A DNA stretch of 64,000 bases from Burkholderiales bacterium. GTDB taxonomy: Bacteria; Pseudomonadota; Gammaproteobacteria; Burkholderiales; SG8-41. A program made the translations under genes and the position numbers. Below the pieces are notes generated by a model. The model ran no database searches. It was not told the origin of the DNA and saw nothing but the letters and a program-made list of their open reading frames with translations. Of this stretch, positions 58,520-64,000 are shown piece by piece (position 1 is the first letter of the stretch; every line of letters begins with the position of its first letter). The DNA lies in NCBI GenBank assembly GCA_038316355.1, contig JBBQAO010000011.1, forward strand, positions 858-64,857. The letters are read 5' to 3'.

Positions 58520-58652
58520 GCGTGCATCCTTGTCAGTCGAGCGGCCGGTCCGGCCGTGTAGAATGCAAGGATACCAAGTGAATCAAGTCCGGTGTAGCCC
58601 CCGACACGCCATTCAAGGGCCGGGCGCGCAAATCCAGGCCTGCCGCACAAGC

Positions 58653-60443
58653 ATGCTGAAAAACCTGATGATGCACCTGCTGCGCGCTCCGGCACTAGTG
58701 CTGCGTGCACGGCGCGAACGCAGCGCGGTGTCCGCGCTGGAACCTGCGCTGGCCTGGTTTGGCGAAAAAAAATACGAAGATGCAGTCCGGGCCAGCAAGG
58801 CAGTGATTGCGCAAGCGCCGCGCAGCGCGCAGGCCAACCATCTTTGCGGGCGGGCATTGTCGGCGCTGGGACGCCATGCCGAGGCCATGCAGTATCTGCG
58901 CGCGGCTGCCGCGACGGATCCTGAGCTGGCGGCGGCGCATGCCGATCTTGCCGATGTATTGTTCCAATCTGGCCAACTCAAGGGTGCTGAAAGCAGCAGC
59001 CGGCGCGCCGTTGCCTTGCGGCCCGACGAACTCGAATACCGCCTGCGTCTGGTGGAGATACTGGAGAACGCCGGCGAGACGGCGGAGGCGCTCGCTGAAT
59101 TGTCGTTTGCCCAGGAATTTGCGCCCGAGCGTTTTGACCTGTTGATCCGGCTGTTCAGGGCGCTCAGCCGGCTGGGCATGTGCCCAGAAGCCTTGCAGAT
59201 TGCAGAGCGTGCCGTGCTGGAAAACGGCGAAACCGATCAGACCCTGTACCTGCTCGCAGCCGCGCGTTACGCCGTCGCGGATATGCAGGGTGCTGTCGAG
59301 GCTTGTCAGAAAACACTGGCCTGCCGTGCCGACCGGCCTGAGGTTCACGTGACGCTGGGATCCGCTTTTTTTGCCTTGGGGCGGATTGAAGACGCCACCG
59401 CAGCCTATCAGCGCGCACTGACCATAGCCCCGGATTTTCCAGATGCGCTGTTTCACATGGGTTTGATCAAGCTGATGTCGGCGGAGTACCGCGAAGGCTG
59501 GCAGGGTTTTGAGCAGCGCTTCCGGCGCGATAAAAACAAGGCAATGCGGCCATGTTCACCGCCCTGGGACGGGACATCGCTGCAGGGGCGCACCGTGCTG
59601 GTGATGCGTGAGCAGGGACTGGGCGACGAGATCATGTTTGCGTCCTGTTACCCGCAGTTGATCCGCCAGGCGCAGTACTGTTTCATCGAGTGCGACCCGC
59701 GCCTGGAGAAGTTGTTTGCACGATCATTCCCGGACGCGGTGTTCTATCCACTCACAGACATCAAAACAGCCGTGCAGACCAACCCGGGTGCCGCGGTTGA
59801 CGCCCGGGTTTACGCGGGGAGCCTTCCCCAGTATTCGCGCAGAGTGCCCGGGGATTTTCCCGCGCACCATGGGTACCTCAAAGTGGATCCGCAGCGGACC
59901 GCTTACTGGCGTACCCGGCTGGAGTCGCTGGGTCCCGGCCTGAAAGTCGGCCTCTCCTGGCGCGGAGGCACGGTATTTACCCACCGCGAGCGGCGGACAT
60001 TGTCGCTGGAAACCATGTTGCCGGTGCTGTCCGTGCCAGGAGTACGCTGGATCAATCTGCAATACGGCAAACGTGAACATGAAATTGCAGCGTTGCGGGC
60101 GATGAGCGGCATGGAGATTGTTGACTGGCCGGAAGCGATTGATGACGACTACGACGAAACTGCGGCGCTGGTCAGTGCGCTGGATCTGGTGATCAGTGTC
60201 TGCACCTCGGTCGTCCATCTGACGGGTGCGCTGGGCCAGCTGGCCTGGGTCATCACGGCACGTGTTCCGGAGTGGCGTTATGGCTTGCGCGGCGCATCCA
60301 CGCCCTGGTATCCGTCAGTAACACTGTTCCGGCAGGAAGCGCAGGGCGTGTGGGACCCTGTCCTTGTCAATATTGAACAGGCATTAAGGCAGCGGGTTGC
60401 CGCTGTGACATCCGAAGCCGCTACAATCGCCCCGCTGAAATGA
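58653..60443 (+). CDS. TPR-repeat protein with C-terminal GT9-like (heptosyltransferase-fold) glycosyltransferase domain, copy 1
   Basis: Start set at MLKNLMMHLLRAP by alignment with the downstream paralog. TPR helices (AQANHLCGRAL...AMQYLRAAAATDP). The C-terminal part has VMREQGLGDEIMF, GLSWRGG, GVRWINLQYG, DYDETAALVSALDLVISVCTSVVHLTGALG. Confidence 0.75.
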   Translation: MLKNLMMHLLRAPALVLRARRERSAVSALEPALAWFGEKKYEDAVRASKAVIAQAPRSAQANHLCGRALSALGRHAEAMQYLRAAAATDPELAAAHADLADVLFQSGQLKGAESSSRRAVALRPDELEYRLRLVEILENAGETAEALAELSFAQEFAPERFDLLIRLFRALSRLGMCPEALQIAERAVLENGETDQTLYLLAAARYAVADMQGAVEACQKTLACRADRPEVHVTLGSAFFALGRIEDATAAYQRALTIAPDFPDALFHMGLIKLMSAEYREGWQGFEQRFRRDKNKAMRPCSPPWDGTSLQGRTVLVMREQGLGDEIMFASCYPQLIRQAQYCFIECDPRLEKLFARSFPDAVFYPLTDIKTAVQTNPGAAVDARVYAGSLPQYSRRVPGDFPAHHGYLKVDPQRTAYWRTRLESLGPGLKVGLSWRGGTVFTHRERRTLSLETMLPVLSVPGVRWINLQYGKREHEIAALRAMSGMEIVDWPEAIDDDYDETAALVSALDLVISVCTSVVHLTGALGQLAWVITARVPEWRYGLRGASTPWYPSVTLFRQEAQGVWDPVLVNIEQALRQRVAAVTSEAATIAPLK

Positions 60444-60484
60444 CTTGATGGTTTGTTGCACAGAAACCCGCTGATTACCGGACC

Positions 60485-62242
60485 ATGCTGAAAAACCTGC
60501 TGCTCCATCTGCTGCGCACGCCGGTACGGCTGTTGCGTTCCCGTCGTGACTCCCGCGTATGGTCTGACCTTGAATCCGCAATCGCGGATTTTAATCAGCG
60601 CAACTACACCGAAGTGATTGCCAAATGCCGGGCTGCGCTGGCGCGGGAGCCGCGCAGCGCCCAGGCCAACCATCTGTGCGGCCGCGCCCTGATCGAACTG
60701 GACCGGCATGCCGAGGCGGCGCCTTACCTCAGCGCTGCGGTGGCTGCGGACCCCGCACTGGCGGAAGCGCATTCCGATTTTGCGCTGGTGATGCTCAAGG
60801 CCGGTGATCACCGGGCCGCAGAACGGTCTTGCCGGCAGGCCGTGACAGTGCAGCCGAAGGAACCCAGATACCGGCTGCATCTGGCGGAAATCCTCGAATC
60901 CACGGGCCGCGACAAAGAGGCCCTTGATGAACTGTTGGCTGCGCAGGAATACGCGCCGGAGCAGGCCGATGTGCTGCAGCAACTGATCATCAAACTGGAT
61001 CAGCTGGGCCTGTACTCTGAAGCCCTGCATGTCGCGGAGCGATCATTCACGGAACTGGGAGAAACCTTCGAGACCTGGTTTTTTCTGGCCTATGCCCGGT
61101 ATTCAACCGGTGATCTGCAGGGCGCGGTTGCGGCAGGCCGCAAGGCCATCGGTTTTCGCAAGGATGTGCCGGGTATCTATGTGACTTTGGGCTCAGCGCT
61201 GCTCTCATTGGGAGAAATTGACGAAGCCGCTGCAGCGTATAAACGCGCGCTCAAGGTCTTGCCGGACTATCCCGATGCAATGTTCCATCTCGGCATGCTG
61301 AACCTGATGCGCGGGCGTTACCGGGATGGCTGGGCCGGGTTCGAGTATCGGTTCAAGATCCGGCGCGCGATCAGGCGTGTCTGTGAGCCGCGCTGGAACG
61401 GCACTTCCTTGCGCGAGCGGACCATTCATGTGATGCGCGAGCAGGGTATCGGCGACGACATCATGTATTCGTCCTGTTTCCCGCAACTGATCCGCGATGC
61501 AAAACATTGTTATATCGAATGTGAGCCGCGGCTGGAGAAACTGCTGGCCAGGTCTTTTCCTGAAGCGACGTTTATCCCAATGGTGGATAACGCGATCAAG
61601 GAAGCGGTATTGCGCCGCGACGATTTTGATGTGCGGATTTTCAGCGCCAGCGTGCCGGGGTACCTCAGGAACTCGCTGCGTGATTTTCCACCGCATCAGG
61701 GGTATCTCAAGGTCGATGCGGGACGCGCAGCCCATTGGCGGGAAAAGCTGGCTGCGCTGGGTAATGGCCTGAGGGTTGGTATTTCCTGGAAAGGCGGCAC
61801 GGTTTATACCAATCGCAACCGGCGCACCCTGTCACTGGAGGCATTACATCCGGTGCTTGCGCTGCCCGGGGTGCGCTGGATCAATCTGCAATATGGTGAG
61901 CGTGCCGCGGAGACTGCTGGCTTCAAGGAAGCCCACGCCATTGAAATCACGGACTGGCCGCAGGCTATCGATGGTGACTATGACGAAACCGCAGCGCTGG
62001 TCAGCGAACTGGATCTGGTGATCAGCGTTTGTACTTCGGTTATTCATCTGGCTGGAGCTCTGGGCAGGCCGGTCTGGGTGATGGTGCCCCATGCGCCCGA
62101 GTGGCGTTATGGCCTGGAAGGCGAGGCGATGCCCTGGTATCCGACCGCCAAACTGATGCGCCAAACCGAGGCCGGGACATGGGATGCGGTGATTCGCAGG
62201 ACGACTGAGGACCTCGCCCGTCGTTTAATAACCAGTTCTTGA
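60485..62242 (+). CDS. TPR-repeat protein with C-terminal GT9-like glycosyltransferase domain, copy 2 (tandem paralog)
   Basis: Collinear with copy 1 over its entire length (MLKNLLLHLLRTP, PRSAQANHLCGRAL, VMREQGIGDDIMY, GVRWINLQYG, DYDETAALVSELDLVISVCTSVIHLAGALG). Confidence 0.75.
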   Translation: MLKNLLLHLLRTPVRLLRSRRDSRVWSDLESAIADFNQRNYTEVIAKCRAALAREPRSAQANHLCGRALIELDRHAEAAPYLSAAVAADPALAEAHSDFALVMLKAGDHRAAERSCRQAVTVQPKEPRYRLHLAEILESTGRDKEALDELLAAQEYAPEQADVLQQLIIKLDQLGLYSEALHVAERSFTELGETFETWFFLAYARYSTGDLQGAVAAGRKAIGFRKDVPGIYVTLGSALLSLGEIDEAAAAYKRALKVLPDYPDAMFHLGMLNLMRGRYRDGWAGFEYRFKIRRAIRRVCEPRWNGTSLRERTIHVMREQGIGDDIMYSSCFPQLIRDAKHCYIECEPRLEKLLARSFPEATFIPMVDNAIKEAVLRRDDFDVRIFSASVPGYLRNSLRDFPPHQGYLKVDAGRAAHWREKLAALGNGLRVGISWKGGTVYTNRNRRTLSLEALHPVLALPGVRWINLQYGERAAETAGFKEAHAIEITDWPQAIDGDYDETAALVSELDLVISVCTSVIHLAGALGRPVWVMVPHAPEWRYGLEGEAMPWYPTAKLMRQTEAGTWDAVIRRTTEDLARRLITSS

Positions 62243-62243
62243 G

Positions 62244-62268
62244 TGACTATTTTTGTCACATCCTGACA
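62244..62268. promoter_or_regulatory. Candidate enhancer (UAS): overlapping inverted repeats GTGAC-N6-GTCAC and TGTCA-N5-TGACA
   Basis: Read directly. It lies about 200 bp upstream of the sigma54 -24/-12 element. TGTC-containing repeats are typical of PilR-type enhancer-binding-protein sites. Confidence 0.3.
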
Positions 62269-62445
62269 GTTTACGCATGGCGGCAAGAGATTGTTCGTAA
62301 TGTGGAGCAATGAACGCTTAAACCCATCCAAAAAATGTGCGTGATGTCACAGCGGTTTGATTCGGAGTTTAAATTGGACTAAAAAAATTAATAAAAACAA
62401 TGAGTTATGTTCTATTTTGGAAGGGGTGGCTTTATGTGTTTCGGC

Positions 62446-62460
62446 TGGTACAGCTCTTGC
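62446..62460 (+). promoter_or_regulatory. Sigma54 (-24/-12) promoter of the pilin gene
   Basis: TGGTAC-AGCTC-TTGC matches TGGCAC-N5-TTGC with exact GG-N10-GC spacing, 62 nt before the pilin ATG. Confidence 0.6.
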
Positions 62461-62522
62461 TCAATAGGTATCGCGGGCACTGACCTGCTTAACGTATTTC
62501 AATTTTTTGGGAGCTTCATCAT

Positions 62523-62957
62523 ATGAGAAACCTGCAAAAAGGCTTTACGCTGATCGAACTGATGATCGTTGTGGCGATTATCGGCATTCTGGCGGCGATT
62601 GCGATTCCGCAGTATCAGGACTACATCACCCGTGCGAAGTGGCAGGACAATATCGCCCGCGTGCAATCCTGGAAAACCGCGATTGCCGAGTGCCTGCAGA
62701 ACAACGCCGGCTCACAATCCGAGTGCGACACCACCGCTGAAGTGACTTCGGCTACCGGCGCCGTGTTCCCCACCGGCACCAGCGCCAACCTGTCGAGCAT
62801 CTCGTTCAGCGTCGCCGGGATCATGATCGCCGGCACCCCGGCAGTGTCGGATTGCAACGTTCTGGTTGTTCCGCAAATCAGCGCGACTTCAGTGACTTGG
62901 GGCTACACGGTCAGCGGCACCGGCTGCGGCAAATCGAAAACCGGCGTGGGCACCTGA
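62523..62957 (+). CDS. pilA: Type IVa major pilin
   Basis: Class III signal peptide [34 protein letters not shown] and a C-terminal Cys pair (SDC....GTGC). Confidence 0.9.
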   Translation: MRNLQKGFTLIELMIVVAIIGILAAIAIPQYQDYITRAKWQDNIARVQSWKTAIAECLQNNAGSQSECDTTAEVTSATGAVFPTGTSANLSSISFSVAGIMIAGTPAVSDCNVLVVPQISATSVTWGYTVSGTGCGKSKTGVGT

Positions 62958-62984
62958 TCCATTCTGTTTGGTTGTAATGAAAAA

Positions 62985-63009
62985 GCCCCGGGAAACCGGG
63001 GCTTTTTTT
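62985..63009 (+). terminator. Intrinsic terminator after pilA
   Basis: GCCCCGG-gaaa-CCGGGGC (GNRA loop) followed by TTTTTTT. Confidence 0.8.
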
Positions 63010-63112
63010 CGTACACGGGGGCGGGCAGCCTGTCTGCGTGATGCACTGTGTATTGGCAAAACCGGCGGCTTCCGTGATGATCGCAGGATTGTCCGGTTAC
63101 TGAATGGCTTCC

Positions 63113-64000
63113 ATGTCTGCCGATCAACTCCAGTACGGGATGTCCGGAAATCTGCGCCCTCCCTTGCGCTCGCTGCCATGGGTGATATGCGCCGTCGCCG
63201 CTTTTGTTTTTCTGGCACTGAATATTGATTTTACCGTTGACCTTGCGTGGCACGACGGGCAACGCCTGGCCCAGCTGGTGCTGCTGTTTGCAGTGTTGCC
63301 GGCGCTGGCCGTTCCCGGCGCTGCAGCGCCGGCGGCGGCCGTCTGGAGCGGACTTTCACGCGCAATCCGCCTTGCACTGCTCAGCGCATTGGTATTTGGT
63401 CTGATGTCGAGCCTGATTGCACCCTTGCCGCGCTGGGCGCTGCTGGAATGGGGCCAGACGTGGCTGTTGTTGCTGCTCGTTCTGGGCGTCGCCGCGGAGC
63501 GGGGCCGGTTCGGGGATCGTCTTGACCCGCTGCTGGTTCTGTTGTTTTTTGCGACAGCGACTGCGTATGCCGTCACCACCTGCAGTGTGTATGTGACCAT
63601 GCTGCTGGTCGGTCCGGTTTATGGCCTTGGTTTTAATGTGCGCGAGTTGTACGGCAGTTTTTCGAACCTGCGTTTCTTCGGTCATATCCAGACAATGCTG
63701 CTGCCGTTTCTATTGTTGCCGGCCATGTGGTGGGGAACGACGCGGCTGCGCCGTGCGCTGTGGTGGAGCATTCCGGCGATCTGGTGGATGCTGGCTGTCG
63801 GATCCGGTACGCGCGGCACCTGGGTCGCACTGCTGGTCGGCGTCATTGCGGTATCCATCTACTGCGGGCAGACCGGTCGCCAGTGGATCAAGTGGCAGTT
63901 GCGCGGCCTGTTGTGCGGGGCGCTGTGTTACGGCGTATTCATCTGGGCGATTCCGCAGTTGCTGGAGCAGCCCGTATGGTTTTTGCACCGTGCAGGAGAC
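63113..64000 (+). CDS. O-antigen-ligase-like (Wzy_C/TfpO/PglL-type) polytopic membrane protein, 3' end outside the window
   Basis: I translated this myself. The frame is open from the ATG at 63113 to the window end (296 codons), so it is absent from the ORF track. It has multiple TM segments and a GSGTRGTWVALLVGV motif, and it sits directly downstream of the pilin gene. Confidence 0.55.
   Translation, partial: MSADQLQYGMSGNLRPPLRSLPWVICAVAAFVFLALNIDFTVDLAWHDGQRLAQLVLLFAVLPALAVPGAAAPAAAVWSGLSRAIRLALLSALVFGLMSSLIAPLPRWALLEWGQTWLLLLLVLGVAAERGRFGDRLDPLLVLLFFATATAYAVTTCSVYVTMLLVGPVYGLGFNVRELYGSFSNLRFFGHIQTMLLPFLLLPAMWWGTTRLRRALWWSIPAIWWMLAVGSGTRGTWVALLVGVIAVSIYCGQTGRQWIKWQLRGLLCGALCYGVFIWAIPQLLEQPVWFLHRAGD

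Noticed and set aside
58320-58652. A 111-codon N-terminal extension of the first TPR-GT protein as given by the ORF track
   Set aside because: The extension overlaps the convergent... rather, the divergent minus-strand ORF 58199..58519. It has no counterpart in the downstream paralog, whose alignment begins at MLKNL. The start was reset to 58653.

Overview
This is a GC-rich (judged by eye, not computed) chromosomal window. The gene content and order look betaproteobacterial: tsaD divergent from rpsU-yqeY-dnaG-rpoD, several Bug/TTT-family binding proteins, and sucCD. I see no transposases, phage genes, rRNA or CRISPR arrays.

Left third (1-24.6 kb): housekeeping and transport genes. These are a TAXI-TRAP transporter, ogt, xerD, folB, plsY, tsaD, rpsU, dnaG, rpoD, an AI-2E permease, one tRNA with a CAT anticodon, an aldolase/Bug/qor group, a sensor Ser/Thr kinase, and a ThrC-like/enolase-superfamily/CapA trio.

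Middle (25-46.4 kb): a C1/oxalate locus. It holds sucCD, NAD-type formate dehydrogenase (fused gamma-beta subunit plus alpha), formate-THF ligase, two ArsB/NhaD-type permeases, a Usp, tctCBA, oxalyl-CoA decarboxylase, a Crp/Fnr regulator, formyl-CoA transferase, and a stand-alone formyltransferase/hydrolase-fold protein. Four near-identical TTGAY-N3-GGTCAA palindromes sit 22-23 bp upstream of -10-like hexamers in front of sucC, tctC, oxc and frc. This suggests one locally encoded regulon.

Right third (46.6-58.2 kb): the most unusual part of the window. It is a same-strand seven-gene module made of a CHASE2 Ser/Thr kinase (frameshifted), a PP2C phosphatase, an FHA protein, a CHASE2 class III cyclase, a class II cNMP phosphodiesterase, a GAF-fused PilB/GspE-type ATPase and a GAF-fused HD-GYP protein. 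After it come two tandem TPR plus GT9-like paralogs, a sigma54-driven type IV pilin gene, and a truncated O-antigen-ligase-like gene.

Other observations: a candidate small RNA and a roughly 440-nt unexplained transcribed-looking spacer upstream of sucC; a dispersed AT-rich 20-mer that matches the IHF consensus; a 9-bp Ser/Asn-coding microsatellite in frame between the phosphodiesterase and the ATPase; and a Lys/Ala-rich N-terminal extension on RpoD.

All functional calls come from reading the translated ORFs and motifs by eye. No database search was run.
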